DNA of 32,397 bases. Origin: Stramenopiles sp. TOSAG23-2. Its lineage: Eukaryota. The position numbers were made by a program, and so were the translations under genes. Shown piece after piece: positions 20,165 to 31,026 of the stretch. The stretch covers positions 1-32,397 of the forward strand of contig LT649362.1 in NCBI GenBank assembly GCA_900128395.1. Reading direction: 5' to 3'. Position 1 is the first letter of the stretch, and the number at the start of each line of letters is the position of its first letter. Under the pieces are notes generated by a model. It saw only the letters and a program-made list of their open reading frames with translations, was not told where the DNA came from and did no database searches.

Positions 20165-21034
20165 ATGGCAAATACTAGTACGAATCAAATTGTACAACGA
20201 TTATTAATATTAGCATCAGATCCTGACAATCAATTATTTATTACAAAAGAAAAAGGTTGTCTTACAGGATTAACTTCATATTTAGTTGACGATGATGCTG
20301 AAGTTGTAAAGAAAGCTGTTGAGGCCATTTCATTATTGTCATCGAATAAAAAAGCTCGTAGAACATTAGCCGAGCATGAAGGGCTAGTCAAAAATTTGAC
20401 AACATTAATATCTTCAACAGATGCAACTATCCAAAAGTTTGCCATCAGCGCTTCTAAATCTTTAGAAAAGTACACCAGAAGTACACCATCATACAATAAT
20501 GAAAACAACAACAGTGAAAATATTAATAGTTTGAATGATGACTCTCATAAAAAAGCTGGAAAAAGTAAGAAAAAGAAAAGTAAAAAGAAGAAGCTAAAGA
20601 CATACAAATTGAAAGTTAAAGATTTGGACAATGACGAAATATGTAGTCGCGTTGAACAAGGAATTATACGTATTCGCGGTATAATTTCATTAACTTTAGA
20701 TCAAAATAAACGACGTGTTATTGTTACTAGTAAAATGCAAAAGGATGAGATTCTTCCAATCATGACTGAAGTTATTGAATCATGTGGCACTGTAGTTATT
20801 TTAAAGAAGAAGAAAAAAATTGAAGAAGCTAGTGGATATTGTGACGATGAAGAACAAGAAGATGTATTTGGTGAAGGTGTGCTTTCAAGATTTGGATCTC
20901 AAACATTACAATCAAGATTAGCAGCACAAAGACAAAAAGAAGAAAAACGTAAATTGGAAGAATCAAATGTATCTAGATTGGCACAAGCAGCTGGTGGTGC
21001 TGCTAGATGGGGAATGGGTCTATTTGGCTATTAA
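20165..21034 (+). CDS. ARMC1: Armadillo repeat-containing protein 1 homologue (ARM + HMA-like domain)
   Basis: VQRLLILASDPDNQLFITKEKGCLTGL resembles the ARMC1 N-terminus. HMA-like KTYKLKVKDLD...VEQGIIRIRGIISLTLD lacks CxxC. Confidence 0.8.
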   Translation: MANTSTNQIVQRLLILASDPDNQLFITKEKGCLTGLTSYLVDDDAEVVKKAVEAISLLSSNKKARRTLAEHEGLVKNLTTLISSTDATIQKFAISASKSLEKYTRSTPSYNNENNNSENINSLNDDSHKKAGKSKKKKSKKKKLKTYKLKVKDLDNDEICSRVEQGIIRIRGIISLTLDQNKRRVIVTSKMQKDEILPIMTEVIESCGTVVILKKKKKIEEASGYCDDEEQEDVFGEGVLSRFGSQTLQSRLAAQRQKEEKRKLEESNVSRLAQAAGGAARWGMGLFGY

Positions 21035-21648
21035 TCAAGACAAAACGCAGAACAAAAGATGTAAATATCGCGTATATATATATATATATATATACGTATA
21101 TTAAAATAGAAACGGTGAAAAAAAAAGAGTAATGTGTACATTATTATATTTTTATATATTATCATATCATAAAAAAAATTAAAAAAAATATTTTAAATAA
21201 AATAATAAAAAAGTTTTAATATATAAAATGTTCTCTTACTCATATATAAAATATATGTGATATAAAAAGTAAAAATATATGTGAAATATCATATTATCTA
21301 CGAAGTAAAATTTTGAATACCTGGTATACGTGCGTACCGATACGATACGAACCATCGTAGATATTAATATATTATATTAAAATAATTCTCCTTATATTAT
21401 TTTACACCTCAAAAATCATTTTTTTAAATTTTATACGAGTATATTGTGTGAACTTTTCTCACAAAAAAGTTAAAGAACGTACGAAAAGTAAAAATAAAAA
21501 AGCATACAAGAGACAAACGCGCACATACAAAAATGCTCTAGATAATACGAAGCGTATACAGGTATATATATGCTTTCCCTTGTATCCCTTTCTAGCACAG
21601 AATACACTATCTCTCTCCCTCTTCTCTCTATCCTTCTTAATCTGTTCT

Positions 21649-24600
21649 CTATTGCTGCGTAAATTTTACAAGTTGTAATATACATTTTCTAGTCTTTTTA
21701 ATATTTCCATTTATGATTTCTGACATTAAAGTTTCTACAAGCGTTTGCGGGCAATTGATTATTATTTTGAAACAACAATCGCGGAGGTAATTGATTAGTT
21801 GATTGCCACATCGCTTTAATAAATTATTATAAAATATAGCAACTTCCTTTGCAAATGCAAATGTACCTGCACAATCGTGTTCTTCATACCCAATAAATAT
21901 AACACTTTTTAGTGATGTTGGTACACCTTGAGTTAAACAAAAATTAATTAAGGCAACTTGATCAGTTTGATTTATTGCAACACCGTTATTTCCATTATTT
22001 ACAATATTATGGCCATTGTTATTACCATTTTGCGCTCCTTGTTGCAAGTGCTGTTGCTCCGGTATCCACGCTTTTAATAATAAAGACATAATCGCAAATA
22101 CTGATTTTCCAGTTGATGGGTTCGGCACATCAATTGCACTTTGTAAAGTTGCATTTAATATATTCATCAAACTAGATGCTATCGAAGGATGAGATAATAA
22201 ATGCTCAAGATCATTCAATAAAATATTTTGTAAAAACAATACAAATCCACGCTGCAATGATTCCCTTGATTGTTGTTCATCTGTTGGAGGAATTTTACCT
22301 GATTTGCGTGGTTCCACTTGTGGCATGTTAGATGTTAATTTCGTGAAAATTGGCATCATAATTTCCGGCATAATTGGCGCCATTTTGCTTTTGTATTTTG
22401 ATAATAGTTGATTGATTAATTGTATGGTTTCAATAGCATTATCTGCTTTAATGTCTTGTATAATTGGTCCTAAAATTGGTGGTAAATATTCAACAAAACC
22501 ATCTTGTAACACTGCAATCATTCGATGAAAGAAAAAAATAACTTTACTGCGTATTTTTTTATGATCAGGAAAAGTTAAATATACTTTCATTGCAGCTTCT
22601 AATGACTGCCTCAGCATTAAGCGTACATCGTCAGGCAAAGTGCTTGGAAACGTTTTGGTAGTTGTACCTGCTGCTTGTATAACGTCAGCAAAATAGTCAC
22701 CAGCTGCTTCTAAATCATTTAATGGCGGCATATTATTGCTTTGCAAATCCTCAACAAGGCCTTGCATGCCTCGTATCATAGCGTGATGTAATGGGCCAAA
22801 TAAAACTTTTGCAAATTCAATTATTTGTCCATTATTAGATAAATGTGTCATTAACATACCACACACATCATATAATAAATATATATTGTCTTTGCTAAGA
22901 ATCTTAACATTTTTATTCCCTAAAGTTGATGATGGAAGTGGAATTTTTAACAATGGATAAATGGAAGTTAAAATATCATTGAAAAAATTTGCAACTGGCT
23001 TTTGCAATATTTTGGAAATACGTTTCAAATAATAGCATGCTCGTGACCGCACCATTGAATTCGAGTTACGTACTCCTTGATCACTTAATAATGTATTTAA
23101 GACACTTTTTAAAATTTCGACATTTTTCTGCAACAATGGCTTTGCAAAACGAAATGTGATATCAAAATATTTTACTAACACATGATGGTGATGATGGAGA
23201 TGTATGCCACATGTGTGTACCATTGTAATAAATTGAACCATATCAGGCATTTGTAAAATTTTATTATTATTCGAACCTTCTGAAAAACTATGCAATACTT
23301 GAAGGTTTGCCTCAACAATGGAAAATGATATTCTATTTACATTTGTTGCTATATCATTATTATTGATTCCATTACTATCTTGTTGAAGCCTTGCGATAGG
23401 GTCAAATATTTTTTGCTGGATACTTTGCATTACAAATGTTTTCATTTTATTTGGTAAACATCTTGCTACCATGACAAGACATTTCGATACTTCCATGTGG
23501 TGATTTAGAAATTCATTATCTTCATCATCTAAACTATCTTCAAAATCATAATCAATTGGATAATGTATAGATTGTAATAATCCATTGAATAGTTTGTCTG
23601 TATATTTTTCTGTTGAAAATGTTAATGCTTGATAATGTTGTTGGTTCATTTTCAAATAATGTGATTTTTTTTCCTTTTGCATAATTTTTAAATACAATCG
23701 TAATGATTCTTCAATTAATGGATTTGATACTTCAAATCTTGGATGACTCAAATATGCCCAATATAAATTGAGCAATTCCATTAATGAGTATTCACATCGT
23801 TTTAAATCTCTTAAAACTGAGTTTACATCTTCGCCATTTCCATGTACAAAAATATTTTTACTGCTACTGCTACTGCGACTGCTGCTACTACTATTAATAA
23901 TAATATTAGTAGTACCTTGATTTACATTAATCAAAAATTCACACATTTGTTCCCGTGCTTTTAGTAATTCAAAACAACATGTATCAACTAAGCGGCCAAC
24001 AATTGAAAATTTAATCACATCATCATCATTATCCTCAGCTGTTGGTAGCACGTTATTGTTATTTGCATTGGTATTATAATGTATACCTACATGATTAATT
24101 AAAAGTTTAATTATCTTTATACCTTCAATTAAATTAATTTTCTGTCCTGGTGGCATACCTCGTGCAAGTATTTCATGTAGACAATCACATACATCATCCC
24201 GATACTTAGCACTATGTTCTATAACATTGTAAAAAAATTGTAAAAATCGTTGATCAATTAAATAATTCATATCAACCCATCTAGACCAGGACTTTATATT
24301 CTCCAGACAAAGATCAACTAAATTGCTTGCTTCAACGTTGTTTTCATCCGAGGAACACATAGATAAAATTTGATACCAAACATTTATAATATTTTGCATG
24401 CTGTTTGACTTCCTTAAGGTATCTTTTACATTTGTATTTTGCAGTAACTCTTCCTTTGTTTTACCTGCCCAATATTGGGTATTACTTTCAAAAATTTCTT
24501 GGTCCAAGGCTATCAAAATCCGTAAATACATATCAACACCAATATTACCTGTTTCTAATAATATTGCAATATTTTCAAAAGCATTTGGCCATGATTGTGG

Positions 24601-25020
24601 ATAATCAACTTGAATTAACTTTGCAATTAGCACAGAAAGTTTCGTTCGTATATATTTCGGACTTAGTACAACTTTAAAATTTGCTGTATCATTATTATTA
24701 TTATTTTGAGATAACCATTCCAATAAAGTATTACGAATAATTTTTCTATTTTCAATTGTTATCTTTGATAATTGATTGATTAACTTCTGAAGGCTTAAAA
24801 ATGGAACTTCTGACCTTTGGACTTCAACGGTAAATAAATGTAAAAAATATTTCCAACCTTCTAATTGTCCTTGTTGGTCTCTCAACAGTTCAACATGATC
24901 AATTAATGTCTTCGCTTCGTTAATTGTATTTTTTGCTTCAACCGTTGATATTGCTGCTAAATCAAAGTTACATATTATTGCCTCTCTTAATTGTTTTATA
25001 ACATCATTATGCGCACTCAT
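21649..25020 (-). CDS. XPOT: Exportin-T (tRNA exportin, Los1/PAUSED-like)
   Basis: YIRTKLSVLI...DYPQSWP, YLRILIALDQEI, VKDTLR, WSRWVD, EILARGMP, VRSRACY and IRSKVIFFFHRMI. First ATG at 25020 (the track start is TTG). Confidence 0.88.
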   Translation of the reverse strand: MSAHNDVIKQLREAIICNFDLAAISTVEAKNTINEAKTLIDHVELLRDQQGQLEGWKYFLHLFTVEVQRSEVPFLSLQKLINQLSKITIENRKIIRNTLLEWLSQNNNNNDTANFKVVLSPKYIRTKLSVLIAKLIQVDYPQSWPNAFENIAILLETGNIGVDMYLRILIALDQEIFESNTQYWAGKTKEELLQNTNVKDTLRKSNSMQNIINVWYQILSMCSSDENNVEASNLVDLCLENIKSWSRWVDMNYLIDQRFLQFFYNVIEHSAKYRDDVCDCLHEILARGMPPGQKINLIEGIKIIKLLINHVGIHYNTNANNNNVLPTAEDNDDDVIKFSIVGRLVDTCCFELLKAREQMCEFLINVNQGTTNIIINSSSSSRSSSSSKNIFVHGNGEDVNSVLRDLKRCEYSLMELLNLYWAYLSHPRFEVSNPLIEESLRLYLKIMQKEKKSHYLKMNQQHYQALTFSTEKYTDKLFNGLLQSIHYPIDYDFEDSLDDEDNEFLNHHMEVSKCLVMVARCLPNKMKTFVMQSIQQKIFDPIARLQQDSNGINNNDIATNVNRISFSIVEANLQVLHSFSEGSNNNKILQMPDMVQFITMVHTCGIHLHHHHHVLVKYFDITFRFAKPLLQKNVEILKSVLNTLLSDQGVRNSNSMVRSRACYYLKRISKILQKPVANFFNDILTSIYPLLKIPLPSSTLGNKNVKILSKDNIYLLYDVCGMLMTHLSNNGQIIEFAKVLFGPLHHAMIRGMQGLVEDLQSNNMPPLNDLEAAGDYFADVIQAAGTTTKTFPSTLPDDVRLMLRQSLEAAMKVYLTFPDHKKIRSKVIFFFHRMIAVLQDGFVEYLPPILGPIIQDIKADNAIETIQLINQLLSKYKSKMAPIMPEIMMPIFTKLTSNMPQVEPRKSGKIPPTDEQQSRESLQRGFVLFLQNILLNDLEHLLSHPSIASSLMNILNATLQSAIDVPNPSTGKSVFAIMSLLLKAWIPEQQHLQQGAQNGNNNGHNIVNNGNNGVAINQTDQVALINFCLTQGVPTSLKSVIFIGYEEHDCAGTFAFAKEVAIFYNNLLKRCGNQLINYLRDCCFKIIINCPQTLVETLMSEIINGNIKKTRKCILQLVKFTQQ

Positions 25021-25576
25021 TAGATTATATACACCAAGTGTAGAAAAATATTGCCTACCATTCAAGATATTAGTGTCTTTTTCTCTGTAGTCATTCTCGC
25101 AATATATATATATATAATGTATAAGAATATAATATGATATATAATACTTATAATTATAGTAAATATATATACTATATACTATGTTCTGTGCTTCTGTTTA
25201 TTTAAGCTATTGTTTGTTGTGGTGCAATTACTCTGGCAAGCGCAGAGTCTTCCCAAGGAAAGCAATGGTGGTGAGTATTAAATATAGAAGGGCACAACAT
25301 ACAGTAAGGACTATATACCACACCAGGGAGAACTCCCTGACCACACGGTAGCTATAGCAGCTATAATATAATAATAAACACTGAATATAGAAAAAAATAC
25401 AATTACCACACCACGGTTGAGGCGCGAGAAGAGCTGGATAAGAGGAGGAGGAAAAATAAATATATCATACAGCGGTATATATGTGTGTTGAAACTACACA
25501 CACACATATATACACGCTCTGTGAGCTGAAATTTATTACAATTCGTATTATATATTATAAAACAAACAAAAAAATT

Positions 25577-28351
25577 TTAAGATACACCATATTGTTTCAC
25601 TACAATCATACGTGTGCTTGCTGGTAAATCTACTGCTGGTGCATTCCATCTTCTTCTTCTATTGCCAACGCCAGCTGATTGTGGGCGACGACGTTGATGC
25701 TGTCGTTGGAATTGATATTCATTGTTGTTGCTGTCATTTCGACGGTTAGTACTGCTTATACCTCCTTTGTTCCTACCATTATTGGCATAATTTTTCCTCC
25801 TTGATGGACCAGCTGATTGAGGTCTTTGTCGTCTACTTTTACCATGATTCTGTTCAACACTTGAACGTAAATTTCTACGATCTCGTACACGACCAGCAGA
25901 AAATGGACGGTTCTGTTTTCTTAAATATTTTTGTGTGCCATCAAAAAATTTCTCTGGGTTTATTATATGCCTGCTTTGTGCACGTTTCATCTCACCATTA
26001 TGGACATTTACAATAACCTTCGTATCATTTTCTTCATCGATATGATTATTCTGTCTCTGTCTGCTATTGCTTCTATCGGAGCTATGACTTCTTCTACCAT
26101 CACTTTTGTTGTATAATTTTGATGGTGAAGAACGTCGTTGGCGATTCGAACTAGTGGAACGTTTATACGAATTGTCATTCATTTTTCCTTCATACGTATT
26201 TTTCCTTCTATTATCGTTACGATTATAAACTATAGCATCCTCATCATCTTCTGAGACAACGGAATCAATAGATGAATCTGTTTCATCCACTGAGCGTATC
26301 ATTTTCGTGGAAGGTACGGAGGAAGAATCATCTTGGCGTATGAATGTGCTAGCAATCGTTGATGATTCAATCGTATTTGAATTGGTTTCTATAGTACTTG
26401 ACATTTTCTTGCCTTCTTTCACGGTTTCCAAGGTATTGTCTTCAATTGTTTTCCACGCTAATATATTATCCATATTCTGTTTAAATTCAATTCTGCCACC
26501 GCCACCTTTTTGCGATCCACCAGATTGATTATAAAAACTATTGCGACTGCTCGATCGTGTACGTGATAAGGTGCTATTTGTATTCGTACTGTAATTTTGA
26601 GATGAAGATGACGTATCATTATTGTTGTTGCCGATACTATCATTCAATTTATTTCTTAAATTATATGGAAACATTTGTATAATCTCATCGATGGACGGTC
26701 TCCTTTTAGGATCTTTTTCAAGCATTGTAAATACAACATCTCGTAATTGCCTCGAATATCGCTTTGGTAGTTCTTTTGGAGATTTTTTAACTATATCAAC
26801 TGCTAATGTATAAATATTTCCACCCTCGAATGGGGCTCGCAATTGCATCATGGAATACACTAAACAACCTAAAGCCCAAGCATCAACTTTAAAATCATAT
26901 TGCTCCCGTTTCACCAGCTCAGGTGCAAAATACATTGGTGTACCGACGCGTGACATTTGTGCATTGCGATCTTCATCTACTAACCTAGATACACCTAAGT
27001 CACCAAGCTTAACAACTTTGGATTTCGTTAAAAAGACATTCATGGATTTGATATCGCGATGTATAATGTTTTCTTGGTGTAAATAACGTAATGCTAAACA
27101 ACATTGAGAAAAATAATGCCAAACGTTCTTTTCATCCATTGGTTTCTTGTCATGTCTCCGCTTTCTTAACTCACGATACATATCTCCACCATCAGCATAT
27201 TCCATAACAATATGCAACGCATGGTTTTCAACAAATGATGTGTAATATTGTATGATATTTGGATGGTGTAATTTCCGTAAAAGCAATACTTCCTGTGCAA
27301 CATTTTTACGACGTTTAGGTTTTAAATTTGCTAAACGTATTTCTTTGATAACATACATACCATTATCAATCTTCGATTTAACTTTATGAACTACACCATG
27401 TGCCCCACGTCCAAGCTCGGATATGAAACTAAAATCAGCTAATTGACGGCCAGGTAGTGCAGTCATCGGTGGGTGTGCAAAACTGCCACCAGCAGCATTG
27501 CTAATGGCTGACATGTCTTCATTATTAAACATATCATCGTCTATTTGTTTAGCAATACGCGCAGCACTTGATTCTGGATGATGGTATCCATTTTGTACTG
27601 AGTTTGGTCTAATTTTATGGCGCATTAACGATTTCCTATTTCCTCCTCCAGATGATGGTCTTAGTAGCTGTTCACGTCTAGATGTTGGTCTATTTTTACT
27701 TGATGGAGATGATGAACCAGAGGTTTGATTTCTAATATTGACTTGAGTAACAATTTTTTGTCCATTGGCAATCTTATTAGTATTGTTATAATTACTATTA
27801 TTATTTTGGTTGTTGTTGTTGTTGTTGTTTTGAAGGCGGCTACTACTACGTCTTGTTGGACTTGGATGAATATTTTTACTTCTTCCAACTATATGTGGAT
27901 GCTGCTGTTTATGTTTTTGTTGTTTTTGTTGTTGTTTGTCCAAAGCAGCTTCTTGTCTAGAAATGCGAAAAACTCTATTATATGTTTTGTTATTATTATT
28001 ATTTTTGTTGTTGTTGTTGTTGTTTTTACTACTATTATCTGCTTGTTTTGTTTCAATATTATTACTATTATTTGTTTTCGATGGACGTATTTGTGAAACT
28101 TTTAATGAAGCACGTAAATGGGCATGAAATCGATCTACATGACTTCCCCCTCTATTATTATTATTACTATTATTACTACTATTAGCGTTGTTATTATTAT
28201 TATAATTGGTAGCATTTCTAAGATGGAAAGAACGTGCAGTACCAGCACTTTTCGGTCTCGGCCGTTGTTTAAACTTTTCATTAATATTTTTATATCTGCT
28301 AGCTGACATGGATGCTGCAAAACCACCTGTACGTGGTCGTCTTGAAGTCAT
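25577..28351 (-). CDS. NIMA-related (NEK) Ser/Thr protein kinase with a central kinase domain and Asn-rich disordered arms
   Basis: LGRGAHG, YVIKEI, HPNIIQYYTSF, IVMEYADGGD, HRDIKSMNVFL, KLGDLGVSR, VGTPMYFAPE and DAWALGC. Confidence 0.92.
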   Translation of the reverse strand: MTSRRPRTGGFAASMSASRYKNINEKFKQRPRPKSAGTARSFHLRNATNYNNNNNANSSNNSNNNNRGGSHVDRFHAHLRASLKVSQIRPSKTNNSNNIETKQADNSSKNNNNNNKNNNNNKTYNRVFRISRQEAALDKQQQKQQKHKQQHPHIVGRSKNIHPSPTRRSSSRLQNNNNNNNQNNNSNYNNTNKIANGQKIVTQVNIRNQTSGSSSPSSKNRPTSRREQLLRPSSGGGNRKSLMRHKIRPNSVQNGYHHPESSAARIAKQIDDDMFNNEDMSAISNAAGGSFAHPPMTALPGRQLADFSFISELGRGAHGVVHKVKSKIDNGMYVIKEIRLANLKPKRRKNVAQEVLLLRKLHHPNIIQYYTSFVENHALHIVMEYADGGDMYRELRKRRHDKKPMDEKNVWHYFSQCCLALRYLHQENIIHRDIKSMNVFLTKSKVVKLGDLGVSRLVDEDRNAQMSRVGTPMYFAPELVKREQYDFKVDAWALGCLVYSMMQLRAPFEGGNIYTLAVDIVKKSPKELPKRYSRQLRDVVFTMLEKDPKRRPSIDEIIQMFPYNLRNKLNDSIGNNNNDTSSSSQNYSTNTNSTLSRTRSSSRNSFYNQSGGSQKGGGGRIEFKQNMDNILAWKTIEDNTLETVKEGKKMSSTIETNSNTIESSTIASTFIRQDDSSSVPSTKMIRSVDETDSSIDSVVSEDDEDAIVYNRNDNRRKNTYEGKMNDNSYKRSTSSNRQRRSSPSKLYNKSDGRRSHSSDRSNSRQRQNNHIDEENDTKVIVNVHNGEMKRAQSRHIINPEKFFDGTQKYLRKQNRPFSAGRVRDRRNLRSSVEQNHGKSRRQRPQSAGPSRRKNYANNGRNKGGISSTNRRNDSNNNEYQFQRQHQRRRPQSAGVGNRRRRWNAPAVDLPASTRMIVVKQYGVS

Positions 28352-28425
28352 GGTGATAATGTATATATATATATGTCTGTATATATGTATCGACGTAATG
28401 TATCTACCAATTTGAATGTACGAAA

Positions 28426-28431
<6 letters not shown>

Positions 28432-28457
<26 letters not shown>
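28432..28457. repeat. (AT)n microsatellite (one of many near gene ends)
   Basis: About 13 AT units. Similar tracts occur near 2310, 4770, 14205, 21073, 25102 and 29048, with (AC)n near 3518. Confidence 0.9.
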
Positions 28458-28615
28458 TGCAGAGTATGTTTACATATGATCTATTCTTATATAGAGAGAG
28501 AAATAGGTTTTAATTGCCCAACTCATTATTGCAATATAACGATTTTCTTAACTAACGTTTTTGAAACTTTTTTTTTATTAAGACTCATCTGGTAAATTAC
28601 GAGGAGGAGACCAGA

Positions 28616-28692
28616 TGGATTTTATGAATAATCCAATCTATACCTATATAAATATACATAAATTAGTATACTAAATCTATACTTGTTGAGCC
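28616..28692 (+). repeat. Dispersed repeat family B, copy 2
   Basis: tggattttatgaataatccaat...aattagtatactaaatctatacttgttgagcc followed by a T run; matches 1936-2023. Confidence 0.75.
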
Positions 28693-28713
28693 CTTTTTTT
28701 CACACATTAGATC

Positions 28714-28856
28714 AGTAGATTCAGTATGAAATATGTACTTAGATGTATTCCTATCAAGTGAGTAGATTCAGTATATGAAATATGTACTTAGATGTATTCC
28801 TATCAAGTGAGTAGATTCAGTATGAAATATGTACTTAGATGTATTCCTATCAAATG
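28714..28856 (+). repeat. Tandem repeat, 3 units of 47/49/47 bp
   Basis: agtagattcagta(ta)tgaaatatgtacttagatgtattcctatcaa(g/a)tg at 28714, 28761 and 28810; contiguous, with no spacers. Confidence 0.95.
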
Positions 28857-29074
28857 AAGGAGTGAAAGGTGAAAAGTTGTTGGGAACATGATGAAAAAAG
28901 AGGGATGCGATGTAATAATTAATTATATTATATCAAATATATACAACACAAAGAGTGGTACATATATATAATTCATTCTAAAAATATACGGATTGGTTTG
29001 TCGTTAAAGGTAGAGAGAAATAGTCGTAAATACATATATTTGTATTGATATATATATATATATATACATACATC

Positions 29075-30472
29075 ATGAATCGGTTGAATCAATTTATTTT
29101 ATCGATATTAATAGTATTAGCATTAAATAACTTCTTATTTGTTACTTCCATAGAAGTAAGAGAACCGCAATTAAGAGGTAATACGGAAGAACAAGTTCCA
29201 AGTCCAGAGGAAATTGCTAAAAATGTAGAATCAGGTATAGCAGATGAAGCAAAGCAATTGTTAAGGAATTTTAAACCACCGGCATATGTATCAAGGAAAG
29301 ATAAGAATTATAAAAAAGCAATGCAACGTTTACAATTAGCTACTGGAACAGATGTTACTGTTTGGGCTGATTCTCGTTTAACTAAAGCAGAAATGTTTAA
29401 AGTTGCTGAACATGTGATACCTATGACAAAAGGTAAAGTTATGAGATGCTTCTGTCGTTATACTTTGGCTAATGTCGGAAAAGTACGAACAACATCGCAA
29501 AAGAAAAGCACGAACAATGATCAAGCAAATGTTCAATGCTCCTGTGCACCTATTGGACCAGGGGGCTCTGCAACTTTAGATGGACCAGAGTATAAATCAA
29601 AAGACTTTTATGGCACCCCATTAGGACATAATGAAACGTTAACAGAGCGTTTACATTATCCATTGCCACAACCAAATGTATACGATGTGCCGACTGAAGG
29701 CTTATTGTTATCATTAGATGCTGGTGATAAGAAATCATTTGATCCATTGAAACCACATGAATGGAAAGATTGTTCAGAATCTGATAGTAAATATGCAAAA
29801 GTTCCAGCAGAAATACATGGTTTTGTTGGCTTTAACGATACTGAAGGAGGTGGTGCTTTGCGTATAGGCGCTCATGATGATCGTGATGTAATAGTATTAA
29901 AAGGACTGGATGTGTCAGCTCGTAACATGCCATCATTAACGGTAGAAATTTGGGTGAAGTTAGAAAATATCAGGAAACCACGTGGTCGTGCATTTGGCAA
30001 TGTATTGTCTGGATATGGTGGACGTGCATTAAATATACATGATACACGTTATGGACCAAAAGCTAGTCAACCTGTACCACCAATAGCAGTAGATCCATCT
30101 TTTTGCGCTAAAAATGGGCGCGTAGCTTTGACAGCAGGGCATCCATATTCTTCTAAAGTGAAGCCAGCAACTGATCATGAATGGACACAATACGTTGGTA
30201 CATATGATAGTGCTGGAAAACGTAACACATTGTACATTGATGGGAAATGGAAAAATCAAGAAGATATACATAGTGATGGTTCCACTGAAGGTAGTAAAGA
30301 TTTTGCAATTGGCAATCATCAATACGACCATAAAAGTGGTACCTTTAAATTAGATGGTTACATTGGTTTAGTACGTATATATGATAGGGTTTTGAAAGAA
30401 GTGGATGTTAATAGTTTATATGAGCATTCCAAAGATCGGTTTGGTCATGGTAAAGATGATGAGATTCCATAA
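29075..30472 (+). CDS. Secreted protein with a C-terminal LamG-like jellyroll (concanavalin A-like) domain
   Basis: Signal peptide MNRLNQFILSILIVLALNNFLFVTS (ATG 29075). Motifs GLLLSLDAG, SLTVEIWVK, WTQYVGTYD, LYIDG, FAIG and LDGYIGLVRIYDRVL. Confidence 0.85.
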   Translation: MNRLNQFILSILIVLALNNFLFVTSIEVREPQLRGNTEEQVPSPEEIAKNVESGIADEAKQLLRNFKPPAYVSRKDKNYKKAMQRLQLATGTDVTVWADSRLTKAEMFKVAEHVIPMTKGKVMRCFCRYTLANVGKVRTTSQKKSTNNDQANVQCSCAPIGPGGSATLDGPEYKSKDFYGTPLGHNETLTERLHYPLPQPNVYDVPTEGLLLSLDAGDKKSFDPLKPHEWKDCSESDSKYAKVPAEIHGFVGFNDTEGGGALRIGAHDDRDVIVLKGLDVSARNMPSLTVEIWVKLENIRKPRGRAFGNVLSGYGGRALNIHDTRYGPKASQPVPPIAVDPSFCAKNGRVALTAGHPYSSKVKPATDHEWTQYVGTYDSAGKRNTLYIDGKWKNQEDIHSDGSTEGSKDFAIGNHQYDHKSGTFKLDGYIGLVRIYDRVLKEVDVNSLYEHSKDRFGHGKDDEIP

Positions 30473-31026
30473 AAATACGAACTCGTATATAGTATATATA
30501 TTACACATTAAATATTTCTTTTATAAAATATATATATATTTTTAGTAAAGTGCTAAACAGATTCTTATTACTTCCCAGATAGAAATATAATATTGACACA
30601 GCATTGGTTATATATACCTTAATGCAGGGATTATGGTAAATTATAAATTATAAATTTAAATACGCTCCGAATAATGCTGCTGATAGGTAGGTAGCTCTCG
30701 CTAAATTAATACTGTGTGGTAGCTACTCCGGGAGCTAGCTCCTAGCCTTGCTATACTTACACTGTTGTACTGTCCTGTAGCTAGTCTAGAGCTAGCTCCC
30801 TAGTCACACACAACACACACATGCATAGATACAGTATAATAGCAGATGTTCTCATAAAAAGATATATATATCATATAGATTGAATAAACCGGGATAAACA
30901 GGTATTATATATCCACATATATTGTATCAATAGATGATTTGTAACAGAACAACAACATAGACCCATTATATTAGATAGATATCAATATCAATAATAAACT
31001 TCATTTACCTACTCGTAATAAACAAT

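Noticed and set aside
28714-28856. Possible CRISPR array
   Set aside because: Units are contiguous with no unique spacers, there are no cas genes, and the context is eukaryotic
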